Shown: one piece after another, positions 1 to 8,898 of the stretch
Layout of the letters: the number at the start of each line of letters is the position of its first letter
How positions within the stretch are numbered: the first letter of the stretch is position 1
NCBI GenBank assembly: GCA_043826435.1
Contig: JBDRQF010000016.1
Location: forward strand, 1 to 20,127
From: Elusimicrobiota bacterium
GTDB lineage: Bacteria; Elusimicrobiota; Endomicrobiia; CG1-02-37-114; JAHJSO01
DNA length: 20,127 nt
Reading direction: 5' to 3'
Position numbers and translations under genes: made by a program
Notes under the pieces: model-generated
Told to the model about the DNA's origin: nothing
What the model saw: the letters and a program-made list of their open reading frames with translations, nothing else
Databases searched by the model: none

Positions 1-1
1 C

Positions 2-3000
2 CTATATCAGAACAACACGACTGTATATGCATCACTATCAACGAAAATAGGTATTTCTGCAACTGATGTTGACCAGAACTTTATTCACTATAACTTCACA
101 AGCCAGTCAGACGATTTTGAAGTTGTGTCTGGCTCATGGACAACAGACACCCAGAAAGGACACTATATCCAGCAGGACAGATACGCAGTTGGCTACACAA
201 AGTCAGTACTTAAGAACTGGCGCTGGCCAGTTCGGCTGGACAGTCCCGAATACGCATTGCAGGTCCAAGTCCACATTTCATCATATATTGGAGTAAATTA
301 CAACAACACAGGCAACCTTGCTGGTGGCTCGCTAATCTACTTCAGGTATCAGGACAAAAACAATTACTATGCACTGTATATATCTGAACGGGATAAACAA
401 ATCCGTGTGATAAGGCAAGCAACTGGACTGGAGCAGGAACTAATCAGCGTGGACTATCCCGTAGGACTCAACAGGTGGTATGATGTGGGATTGACTGTTT
501 CAGCAGGGACTATAAAAGCAAATATATTTGGCACCGAGATACTTAATATATCAGACACGCATTTATTTGATGATGAAACAATTGGTTTTGGAAGTGATAA
601 TGCAGTGGTGCGGTTTGCTGATTTGCGAACAACAAGGCCTGCTTTATTTGGTGAAATATCAGATGCCAGTGGGTTTAAGGAAATGGGACTAAAACAAAAC
701 AATCAGATGGAACAAGTCTATCAGAGCCAGCCACAGGAAGTCACCTTTATATCTGAAGGGCTGATAACACTTGATGTAACTGCACAGGACAATCTCACAA
801 ACATATGTATTCCTGCAAGATACACTTTTGGTGTGGACGGCACATCACCCGAGACAACACTTAATTCGTCCGAGAACTACTACCCGCACCTATCATTGCC
901 AGAAATAAGTTATGCTCCAGAGAGGGCTGTGTATGGGTTTGAATCAAAAGACAGGCAGGGGAAAGACGGTATCGCCTCTGGGCTGGACTCAACAAACTAC
1001 CGAATTGACTCAACGGACAGCACAGAGCCGTGGGTAGTTTTCCGTGCAACAGGGACATATCCAACATTTATCTTACAGGAAGGCAGACGAACACTGGACT
1101 ATTATTCATTAGACAATGTCCAAAATGCAGAGACCATTCACACAAGAGCAATCTGGGTAGATGGCACTCCACCACAGACAACACTCACAATGACTGGCGG
1201 TGTGCAATGGACATCATCCGACGGCAAATTATATTCTTCAATAGACACGCAATATGTTTTGACGGCACAAGACCCGCTCTCGGGCGAAGTTGCAAGTGGT
1301 GTCCAGGACACATACTACAGGATAGACGACAACCCGAACTGGACGCTGTTCACACAGCCAATAACCTTAACAGAGGGAATACGAACGATACATTACTGGT
1401 CAAACGACAATGTTCTGAATGCAGAGCAAGTCAAAACATTTATCGTTCATATTGACAACACAGCGCCAGTAACATCAATAGAGGCGGGTCAACCAAAATG
1501 CACAGAACACGGCGAGCCGGTATCAGACGCACACCAAGGCACAGTTATCGCTTCAAACACACCGCTAACACTATCAGCAGTTGATACAACGGTAGAGAAT
1601 GTTTCATCAGGAGTAAAACAAACAAACTACAAAATTGGCGCAGGTGAATTCACAACATATACACAACTATTCAAAATCACTGGGGCAGATGGTGACTACA
1701 CAGTCCAGTATTACTCAAAAGACAACGTCCTCAATACTGAAGCAACAAAATCAATAACATACACATTAGATAACACGCCTCCCGTAGCAGAGATAGTTCT
1801 TCCGTCAGAAGAAAACACGGGTCTGTGCAGAATAATATCAGGCAAAACGCCAATCATAGGAACTGTTGAGGACCTGCATTTCAAGTGGTATCAGTTGTCT
1901 TATTCAGCAATAAACGCAGACGACTGGCAGGAAATATGCCCAAAAACATACAGGGAAATAACCGAAGGAGTCCTTGCCGTATGGGACACCACAAGTCTTG
2001 CTGAGGGCTGGTATGTGATAAAACTTGTTACACAGGACTGCGTGGCAAACGAAACCACAGACGTTGTTGAAGTATATGTCGGCAGACCTGAATTAGCGCT
2101 TGAAATATCCGGTTTTAACAAACCTTCATACATAGTCCTTGATTCAACAGGAAACATTTACATCTCGGATACAAACAACGATAAAGTGAAAAAGTATAAT
2201 CCACAGGGAGACCTGATAATGACGCTTTCAGGAATAAAATCACAGGGACAGGACAGCCCTGGCAAAGGCACAGGGATAAACAAAACAGACCCATTCAACA
2301 AACCCACTGGAGTTGCATTAGACACTTCTGGCAATTTATATGTAGCAGATGGCAACAACGCCAGGGTGATAAAATTCTCGCCTGGCGCTGAACACCTGCT
2401 CACACTTACTGGGTTCAACAAGCCGCACGGACTTGCAACTGACGTACAAGGAAACATGTATGTAGCAGACAGAAACAATAACCGTATTCAGAAATACAGT
2501 CCAGACGGCACACTGCTGATGACAATAACCACAGCAGGGATGCAAGATGACGGCTTAAACAAACCGCAGGGTGTAATAGCGGTTGACCTACAAGAACGTA
2601 TTTATATCACAGACAGAAACAACGACAGGGTGCTGATATACAACTCATCAGGGGTATTCATAACACAGATAAGTTCAGCATCAGGACTTAACAAGCCCGA
2701 CGGAATAGTTGTAAACCAGCAAGGGTATATATATGTTTCAGACACAAATAATGATGTAGTAAGAAAATACGACAGAGCCCTCAACCTCGTAGCGACTTAT
2801 GATGGCACAACAAAGAAAGTCATGAAAAAATTCAACAAACCAGCAGGACTGACCATTGACACGCGGGGCGACCTTTATGTAGTTGATTCAAACAATGATA
2901 AAATGCTAAAATATACACTGCCAGATAAACCCGATGAGAACACTACTCCCGGGATGAGCACTGCCTTATTGCAGCCATCATCCGACGGTGAATTCAAATT

Positions 3001-3295
3001 AGGTGAAGTGTTCGCGTATCCTAATCCTGCTAAAGGTGGGATGAAACCTACGCTTCACATAGAAGTAGGGGCTGCCGACAGAGTTGAGATAAAAATATAC
3101 AACATCGCAGCAGAGTTGGTGCACACAGCAGAAATAGCGGGGACAAACTACAAAACAATAAACACCAAATACTGTTATGAGTACACATGGAATGTATCAG
3201 ACATAGCCAGTGGCGTGTATATATATTGTGTAATAGCAGAGAAACAGGGATATAGCCCAATAAAGGTTATTAAAAAAGTTGCTACAATAAAATAA
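2..3295 (+). CDS. Large secreted/surface multidomain protein, 5'-truncated: lectin-like beta-sandwich, 3-4 Ig-like repeats, six-bladed NHL beta-propeller, C-terminal T9SS type A / FlgD-Ig-like domain
   Basis: The frame of the 125..3295 ORF is open back to base 2 (LYQNNTTVYASLSTKIGISATDVDQ...), so the true start is outside the window. Repeated D-x-T-x-P-x-T ... SG-V/L-x-x-T-x-Y-R/K-I ... YxSxDNVxNxE units; six NKP-x-G...Y-V/I-x-D-x-NN NHL blades; C-terminal VFAYPNP...IKIYNIAAELV...W...ASGVYIY. Confidence 0.8.
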   Translation, partial: LYQNNTTVYASLSTKIGISATDVDQNFIHYNFTSQSDDFEVVSGSWTTDTQKGHYIQQDRYAVGYTKSVLKNWRWPVRLDSPEYALQVQVHISSYIGVNYNNTGNLAGGSLIYFRYQDKNNYYALYISERDKQIRVIRQATGLEQELISVDYPVGLNRWYDVGLTVSAGTIKANIFGTEILNISDTHLFDDETIGFGSDNAVVRFADLRTTRPALFGEISDASGFKEMGLKQNNQMEQVYQSQPQEVTFISEGLITLDVTAQDNLTNICIPARYTFGVDGTSPETTLNSSENYYPHLSLPEISYAPERAVYGFESKDRQGKDGIASGLDSTNYRIDSTDSTEPWVVFRATGTYPTFILQEGRRTLDYYSLDNVQNAETIHTRAIWVDGTPPQTTLTMTGGVQWTSSDGKLYSSIDTQYVLTAQDPLSGEVASGVQDTYYRIDDNPNWTLFTQPITLTEGIRTIHYWSNDNVLNAEQVKTFIVHIDNTAPVTSIEAGQPKCTEHGEPVSDAHQGTVIASNTPLTLSAVDTTVENVSSGVKQTNYKIGAGEFTTYTQLFKITGADGDYTVQYYSKDNVLNTEATKSITYTLDNTPPVAEIVLPSEENTGLCRIISGKTPIIGTVEDLHFKWYQLSYSAINADDWQEICPKTYREITEGVLAVWDTTSLAEGWYVIKLVTQDCVANETTDVVEVYVGRPELALEISGFNKPSYIVLDSTGNIYISDTNNDKVKKYNPQGDLIMTLSGIKSQGQDSPGKGTGINKTDPFNKPTGVALDTSGNLYVADGNNARVIKFSPGAEHLLTLTGFNKPHGLATDVQGNMYVADRNNNRIQKYSPDGTLLMTITTAGMQDDGLNKPQGVIAVDLQERIYITDRNNDRVLIYNSSGVFITQISSASGLNKPDGIVVNQQGYIYVSDTNNDVVRKYDRALNLVATYDGTTKKVMKKFNKPAGLTIDTRGDLYVVDSNNDKMLKYTLPDKPDENTTPGMSTALLQPSSDGEFKLGEVFAYPNPAKGGMKPTLHIEVGAADRVEIKIYNIAAELVHTAEIAGTNYKTINTKYCYEYTWNVSDIASGVYIYCVIAEKQGYSPIKVIKKVATIK
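2114..2913 (+). repeat. Six NHL repeats (protein-level) within the large surface protein
   Basis: FNKPSYIVLDSTGNIYISDTNND, FNKPTGVALDTSGNLYVADGNNA, FNKPHGLATDVQGNMYVADRNNN, LNKPQGVIAVDLQERIYITDRNND, LNKPDGIVVNQQGYIYVSDTNND, FNKPAGLTIDTRGDLYVVDSNND. Confidence 0.85.
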
Positions 3296-3378
3296 GCAGT
3301 TCGGCATTTATTGAATGGTTTGAACCAAAGCAAAAAGAAGCAATTATGAATTTAAGAACTGTGAACTTTGTGAATTTT

Positions 3379-3414
3379 TGGTATAAAAACATGCGACAGA
3401 TTTTAAGAGGGAGG
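3379..3414 (+). promoter_or_regulatory. Candidate extended -10 promoter and Shine-Dalgarno for the folD-led operon
   Basis: TG-G-TATAAA at 3379-3387 in an AT-rich intergenic region with no good -35; GGAGG at 3410-3414, 4 nt before the ATG at 3419. Confidence 0.45.
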
Positions 3415-3418
3415 CAAA

Positions 3419-4369
3419 ATGGGCACCGCTCAAATTATTGACGGAACCAAAATCGCAGAAAAAATAAAGCAGGAACTAAAACTGGAAATTTCGGACTTAA
3501 TAAAAGAAACAAAAATAACGCCTGCACTCTCTGCGATTCAGGTGGGCGACAACCCCGCCAGCAGGGTATATATAAAAAACCAGAAGGCATCCGCCGAAGA
3601 ACTCGGAATCAATTACAACCTGGTTCAACTGCCGGCTGATGTGTCTGATGCTGATGTGCTGTCAGCCATTGAGAAACAGAATTCGGATACAACAATTAAC
3701 GGAATAATTTTGCAGATGCCTCTGCCTGCCGGAATAAATTCAAGAAAAATCCAGATGGCGATTGCCCCGGACAAAGATGTGGAAGGTATCACGCCGCCTA
3801 ATTTAGGGATGCTGCTTTATACGGGCGTCAGTCCTGCCGTGGCGCCCTGCACTGCCCTGTCAGTAATTGAGTGTTTAAAATCAACCGGAATTCCATTGAA
3901 AGGTAAAAATTGTGTGGTTGTCGGACACAGCGAAATAGTTGGCAAGCCCGTTATGTTGATGCTTCTTTCCTCACTGCTTGAGTCAGCAACCCCCACTGTG
4001 TGTCATATTGCAACGGTTGACCTGTCAGGTCATACATCCCGCGCAGATATTATTATTGTCGCTGTGGGCAAACCGGGCCTTATAAAAGCGGATATGGTGA
4101 AAGAGGGGGCGGTTGTAATAGATGTAGGTATAAACAGGGTGACGGCAAAAGATGCCGCAGGCAACCCCGTCATTGACGAAAAAACAGGGAAGCCTAAAAT
4201 GAAAACAGTCGGGGATGTGGATGCTGAAAGCGTCTCCAAAAAGGCGGGGTTTATTACCCCTGTGCCCGGCGGCGTTGGGGCGGTAACGACAGTCCTGCTT
4301 TTCAAAAACCTGCTCCACCTGTGGAAAAACGCTCAAGGAAAGGAAGGAAATGTTCATAAACTGTTATGA
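3419..4369 (+). CDS. folD: Methylenetetrahydrofolate dehydrogenase/cyclohydrolase family protein (FolD), atypical active-site residues
   Basis: IIDG..IA start, GIILQMPLP, KDVEG, PCT, IVGKP, TVCH, VKEGAVVIDVGINR, VGDV and ITPVPGGVG motifs. Confidence 0.95.
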   Translation: MGTAQIIDGTKIAEKIKQELKLEISDLIKETKITPALSAIQVGDNPASRVYIKNQKASAEELGINYNLVQLPADVSDADVLSAIEKQNSDTTINGIILQMPLPAGINSRKIQMAIAPDKDVEGITPPNLGMLLYTGVSPAVAPCTALSVIECLKSTGIPLKGKNCVVVGHSEIVGKPVMLMLLSSLLESATPTVCHIATVDLSGHTSRADIIIVAVGKPGLIKADMVKEGAVVIDVGINRVTAKDAAGNPVIDEKTGKPKMKTVGDVDAESVSKKAGFITPVPGGVGAVTTVLLFKNLLHLWKNAQGKEGNVHKLL

Positions 4370-4785
4370 AAATACATTCTGTTAGAATACATCTTTCAAC
4401 CAGAGGGAATACGGAAATTACAAACATTACAGGTACCGTCCAGAAAGAACTTGACAGAAGTGATTTATCAGACGGGATTGTAACTGTCTTTGTCCCCGGT
4501 GCGACCGGCTCCATTACAACAATGGAGTACGAACCGGGACTCATCAAGGATACTACAAATATATTCAGGCAATTAGTGGATGACACCGCCACATACTCTC
4601 ACGATGCAAGCCATACAGTCGGAAATGCCTCATCTCATTTGAGGGCGACACTCGTTGGACCTTCTCTGGTCGTACCTTTTGAAAATAGAAAACTTTCACT
4701 TGGAACATGGCAGCAGATCGTTTTTATTGATTTTGACAACAGGCCGAGAAAAAGAGAGATAATATTGAAATTCCTGGGGTTATAA
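4366..4785 (+). CDS. yjbQ: YjbQ / UPF0047 family protein (secondary thiamine-phosphate synthase-like)
   Basis: 139 aa; NIT..VQ, FVPGATGSITTMEYEPGL, Y.HD....GNA.SH.RA.L.GPS, L.LGTWQQI.FIDFD.RPR.R motifs; ATGA overlap with folD. Confidence 0.88.
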   Translation: MKIHSVRIHLSTRGNTEITNITGTVQKELDRSDLSDGIVTVFVPGATGSITTMEYEPGLIKDTTNIFRQLVDDTATYSHDASHTVGNASSHLRATLVGPSLVVPFENRKLSLGTWQQIVFIDFDNRPRKREIILKFLGL

Positions 4786-4786
4786 A

Positions 4787-6085
4787 ATGGAAGGGATAAA
4801 ACATCCGATTTTACAGGTAGCGCTGGATTTTGTTGATTTGCCGCGGGCATTGAAACTTGCTGAGGAATCAGTTTCAGGCGGTGCGGACTGGCTTGAGGCG
4901 GGCACGCCTTTAATTAAGTCAGAAGGGCTGCACTGTATCCGGGAACTCCGCTCAAAATTCCCGTCGGTAAAAATTATTGCGGACATGAAAACGATGGACG
5001 CCGGCAGGGCAGAGGTTGAGATTGCAGCAAAAGCAGGGGCAAACATCATAACAGTTCTTGCCTCCGCACACGACGAAACAATAAAGGAATGCGTTGATGC
5101 CGCGTCAAACTACGGTGCAGAAATCCTTGCTGACCTGCTTGAGGTTGAAGATGCTGTCAAAAGGGCGAAAGAGGTTGAGAAAATAGGGGTCAATTATATC
5201 GGGTTGCACATACCAATTGATGAACAGATGACGGGCAACATTTCCTTTGATGTCTTAAAAAAGGTATCGTCCGCAGTCGCTCTCCCCGTGGCGATTGCAG
5301 GGGGGATAAACTCCGAAAACGCAGCGGAGGCGCTAAATGCCGGCGCTGAAATAATTATCGTCGGCGGAGCGATCACAAAATCAGAAAATGCAAAAACAGA
5401 GACACAGAAAATAAAAAGGGCGATAAAAGAAAAAATAAAAATAAAAACGCAACTATATAAAAGGGTAACAGAAAAAAATGTTATTGACGTCCTACAAATG
5501 GTATCAACGGCAAATATATCAGATGCAATGCACAGGGGGATGCACCTTCGCGGACTAACACCCATAACCCCGGGGAAGAAAATGATAGGACGGGCGGTAA
5601 CCGTCAGGACTTATCCCGGCGACTGGGCAAAACCAGTAGAGGCGATAGACATAGCAAAGGAAGGTGACGTGCTTGTTATAGATGCGGGGGGGGTTGAACC
5701 GGCTGTATGGGGTGAACTTGCAACCAACAGTGCCCTGCAGAAAGCCCTCTCGGGGGTTGTAATAGACGGGGCGATAAGAGACGTGGCTGAAATCCGTTCC
5801 CTCGGGTTCCCCGCCTTTGCCCGCATTATCACACCGCAGGCAGGCGAACCGAAGGGCTTCGGGGAAATTAACATCCCCGTGATTATATCAGGCGTACGGA
5901 TTTTCCCAGGGGACTGGCTCGTAGGCGACGACGACGGGGTTATATCCATACCGAGGGAAAAAATCGCGGAAATAACCAACAGGTCAATGGACGTCCTTGA
6001 AAAAGAAAACCGTATAAGAAAAGAAATCAATGAGGGCGGGACGCTCGCAAAGGTCACTCAACTATTAAAATGGGAAAAGAAATAA
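4787..6085 (+). CDS. hxlA: Bifunctional 3-hexulose-6-phosphate synthase / RraA(MenG)-like domain protein
   Basis: N-terminal HPS/KGPDC barrel (LQVALD, LEAGTPLIKSEG, ADMKTMDAG, H..IDEQM, AIAGGI, IVGGAIT) fused to an RraA/HMG-aldolase-like domain (STANISDAM, GRAVTV, GDVLVID, WGEL, GVVIDGAIRD, PGDWLVGDDDGV). Confidence 0.88.
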   Translation: MEGIKHPILQVALDFVDLPRALKLAEESVSGGADWLEAGTPLIKSEGLHCIRELRSKFPSVKIIADMKTMDAGRAEVEIAAKAGANIITVLASAHDETIKECVDAASNYGAEILADLLEVEDAVKRAKEVEKIGVNYIGLHIPIDEQMTGNISFDVLKKVSSAVALPVAIAGGINSENAAEALNAGAEIIIVGGAITKSENAKTETQKIKRAIKEKIKIKTQLYKRVTEKNVIDVLQMVSTANISDAMHRGMHLRGLTPITPGKKMIGRAVTVRTYPGDWAKPVEAIDIAKEGDVLVIDAGGVEPAVWGELATNSALQKALSGVVIDGAIRDVAEIRSLGFPAFARIITPQAGEPKGFGEINIPVIISGVRIFPGDWLVGDDDGVISIPREKIAEITNRSMDVLEKENRIRKEINEGGTLAKVTQLLKWEKK

Positions 6086-7116
6086 CAGGCCTTTCCATCA
6101 AGCCAACCACAATCGGAAGTTTACCTTTCGGTAATGTCCAGGCGGCGGCCGAACTTCTCCTGAAATACACCCCTGAAATTCCATCCTGGCCTCAGATGCC
6201 AAAACGCAGTTTTAAGGAAAATATGTATGTCCAGTTCTCGGAAAATTTCCCGGGCGTTATCATAGATGAGTCACAATCAAAAATCTTCGTTGATACGAAC
6301 GCTGCATACACCGGGTTAGAAAAATTCTATGAACACTACCTGATTAGAGACATTCAGTATTTCTCTATCTCCCGTGAATACTCGGAGGGGATTCACTTTT
6401 TTGCTGAAACATCTCGCTCGGCGAATACCGGGAATTTAATAACTGTAAAATCCCAGATAACAGGTCCTATTACCTTCGGTCTCTCAATTAAAAATGAAGC
6501 AGGGCAGTCCATTTTTTATGACCAGCAACTCAGGGACACTCTCGTAAAACATATAATAATGAAGTCATTATGGCAACTTGAAGTGCTTTCATCAGGAATG
6601 ATTTTTCTTGATGAACCGTATATGGCAGCGTACGGCAGCGCATTCACATCTATTTCCCGGGAAGATGTAACAGGTGCACTCCAGGAGGTTATTCAGGGGA
6701 TAAAAACATCCGCATCCGCTCCTCTGGTTGGTATTCATTGCTGTGCAAACACCGACTGGTCGCTGCTCCTTGACACCGACATAGACATCCTCTCGTTTGA
6801 CGCCTATGAATTCTTTGACAACCTCGTTCTTTACATAGATGGACTCAGGGCATTCCTTGGTCGCGGCGGCATTCTGGCATGGGGCATAGTCCCCACGAGT
6901 GATGTCTTACTGAAAAAGGAGTCGGCCGAAAAACTGTGCGATAAATTAAACAACCAGATAAAACAATTAGCGTCAAAAGGGATAATAGAGAAGAAACTCA
7001 GGGAACAAATCTTAATTACGCCGGCATGCGGACTCGGCAGTTGTTCTGAAGAGACGGCGGAACTGGCCCTGGAATTATTGCATGATACCGTCCAACAATT
7101 CACTAATCAAAAATGA
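6070..7116 (+). CDS. Core cobalamin-independent-fold methionine synthase (single MetE catalytic barrel, MesB-like)
   Basis: 348 aa, about half the size of MetE; TTIGSLP, WPQMP, KSQITGPIT, DEP, GIHCC (Zn His/Cys), SFDAY, WGIVPT, ITPACG (Zn Cys). Overlaps the upstream gene by 16 nt. Confidence 0.8.
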   Translation: MGKEITGLSIKPTTIGSLPFGNVQAAAELLLKYTPEIPSWPQMPKRSFKENMYVQFSENFPGVIIDESQSKIFVDTNAAYTGLEKFYEHYLIRDIQYFSISREYSEGIHFFAETSRSANTGNLITVKSQITGPITFGLSIKNEAGQSIFYDQQLRDTLVKHIIMKSLWQLEVLSSGMIFLDEPYMAAYGSAFTSISREDVTGALQEVIQGIKTSASAPLVGIHCCANTDWSLLLDTDIDILSFDAYEFFDNLVLYIDGLRAFLGRGGILAWGIVPTSDVLLKKESAEKLCDKLNNQIKQLASKGIIEKKLREQILITPACGLGSCSEETAELALELLHDTVQQFTNQK

Positions 7117-7874
7117 AAATCGCTATAAGTGGAAAAGGCGGGTCTGGAAAAACGACTATTTCTGCAGTGCTGGGTTATCTTTTTTCCAGGGAAAGCAAGA
7201 GAGTGTTCCTGATAGACGCAGACCCGGACGGTAACCTGGGTCTTGCAATGGGTTTCAGTGATGAGGAACTCTCAAAAGTTGTACCCATAGTTGAACTTAA
7301 AGAAATAATTGCAGAAAGAACAGCGTCAAACGGCGGCGGATATTTCAAATTAAATCCCGAGGTTGATGACATCCCTGAAAAATTCTCTATAAGAAAGGAC
7401 AATATCAGGATGCTCGTTCTGGGGAATATCAAAAAAGGAGGGTCTGGCTGTTACTGTCCCGAGAACGCTTTTTTGAGGTCTGTCCTGAGAAATTTACTTT
7501 CACAAAAACAGGATGTTGTAATTTTGGATATGCCTGCCGGCATAGAACATCTCGGCAGAGCCACCGCGGACTCAATGGATTCAATACTGATTGTGGTTGA
7601 ACCAACAGCAAAAAGTGTCCAGACGGCAAAAAGGATACACAAACTCAGCGCTGACATAAAAATAAAAAAGATATTGTTTGTTGGAAATAAAATTTCAGGC
7701 GAAGTGGATAAGAAGTTCCTGGATGAGGCATTTTATCAGAACAGCGAAATGTTTATAGGTTATATCGGCCATCACCCGTCAATAACAAATGCAGAACAGA
7801 AAAGGAGCCCGGTTTATACTGCATCTGAAAAATTGTTAAATGAAATTTCTTCAATAAAGGAGGCGCTATTGTGA
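7113..7874 (+). CDS. cooC: CO dehydrogenase / acetyl-CoA synthase nickel-insertion ATPase (CooC/AcsF family)
   Basis: MKIAISGKGGSGKTT deviant Walker A, IDADPD.NL, GSGCYCPEN (CxC Ni site), DMPAGIEHLGR, VGNK; ATGA overlap with the upstream gene. Confidence 0.93.
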   Translation: MKIAISGKGGSGKTTISAVLGYLFSRESKRVFLIDADPDGNLGLAMGFSDEELSKVVPIVELKEIIAERTASNGGGYFKLNPEVDDIPEKFSIRKDNIRMLVLGNIKKGGSGCYCPENAFLRSVLRNLLSQKQDVVILDMPAGIEHLGRATADSMDSILIVVEPTAKSVQTAKRIHKLSADIKIKKILFVGNKISGEVDKKFLDEAFYQNSEMFIGYIGHHPSITNAEQKRSPVYTASEKLLNEISSIKEALL

Positions 7875-8893
7875 ATTTACCAAAAAACTTTATCCTACCG
7901 GTAATCGTTTTGTTTGCTACTTTCGGGCTCGGATATGTCCTTCGGCAGATACTCTTTAAATTTCTCGGTGACTGGTCCAGTAAAACAAAAACCCGTTTTT
8001 ATGATATCGTTGTTGATTCGTTGAAAGTGCCATTTTTATTCTGGTCAGCCATGGCGGGCATTTCGCTCGCAGTAAAGTTAACAGTTCTGCCTGCTGGTAT
8101 CACATCCCTGGTTGACAGGGTAGGGGTGATAATATGGGTAATATCCCTTACGATTGTTGCAGCCAAAATAGCCAGCGGAATAATTAAGTCCTATTCTGAC
8201 ACGCTTAAAACAACAACCCCTATTACAAGTTTAACTACGAATGTTGTAAACATTATTGTATTCATAATTGGATTTTTAATACTGATGAACCTGCTCGGCA
8301 TCTCTATAACACCCATTATAACGGCGTTGGGTATCGGGGGACTTGCAGTGGCGCTCGCCCTGCAGGATACACTCTCAAATCTTTTTGCAGGAATCCACAC
8401 AATTATGTCAAAACAGGTCAAGGTCGGCGATTATGTACAGATGGATTCTGGGCAGGAGGGGTATGTTATAGACATCGGCTGGCGGACCACCCGGATAAAA
8501 ACCCTGCCAAACAACACCGTCATCATCCCGAATGTAAAACTCTCACAGGCGATAGTAACAAACTATTATGTTCCAAGTAAAGAACTGGCTGTGCTGGTTC
8601 AGGTCGGCGTCCACTATAACAGCGACTTAGAAAAGGTTGAAAAAATAACCATTGAGGTAGGGAAAGAAGTGATGAACACAGTCACTGGCGGTGTGCCGGA
8701 TTTCACCCCGTTCACACGCTACCACACCTTCGGGGAGTCGTCAATAAACTTCACGGTGATACTCAGGGCAAAGGAGTTCGTTGACAGGTATTTAATAACC
8801 CATGAATTTATTAAACGACTGAAAAAAAGATACGACAAAGAAAAAATAGTTATCCCGTTTCCGATAAGGACGATAATTCAGGAAAAATCATAA
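7871..8893 (+). CDS. mscS: Small-conductance mechanosensitive channel family protein
   Basis: Hydrophobic N-terminal helices, GIGGLAVALALQDTLSNLFAG pore helix, VGDYV, GYVIDIGWRTTRI, IPN, C-terminal IPFP; GTG start overlapping the cooC stop (GTGA). Confidence 0.92.
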   Translation: MNLPKNFILPVIVLFATFGLGYVLRQILFKFLGDWSSKTKTRFYDIVVDSLKVPFLFWSAMAGISLAVKLTVLPAGITSLVDRVGVIIWVISLTIVAAKIASGIIKSYSDTLKTTTPITSLTTNVVNIIVFIIGFLILMNLLGISITPIITALGIGGLAVALALQDTLSNLFAGIHTIMSKQVKVGDYVQMDSGQEGYVIDIGWRTTRIKTLPNNTVIIPNVKLSQAIVTNYYVPSKELAVLVQVGVHYNSDLEKVEKITIEVGKEVMNTVTGGVPDFTPFTRYHTFGESSINFTVILRAKEFVDRYLITHEFIKRLKKRYDKEKIVIPFPIRTIIQEKS

Positions 8894-8898
8894 ATAAT

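Noticed and set aside
125..127. GTG start for the large surface protein
   Set aside because: The frame is open to the window edge, with no RBS or signal peptide at this position.
3296..3360. Rho-independent terminator after the surface-protein gene
   Set aside because: No GC-rich stem followed by a U-tract was found.
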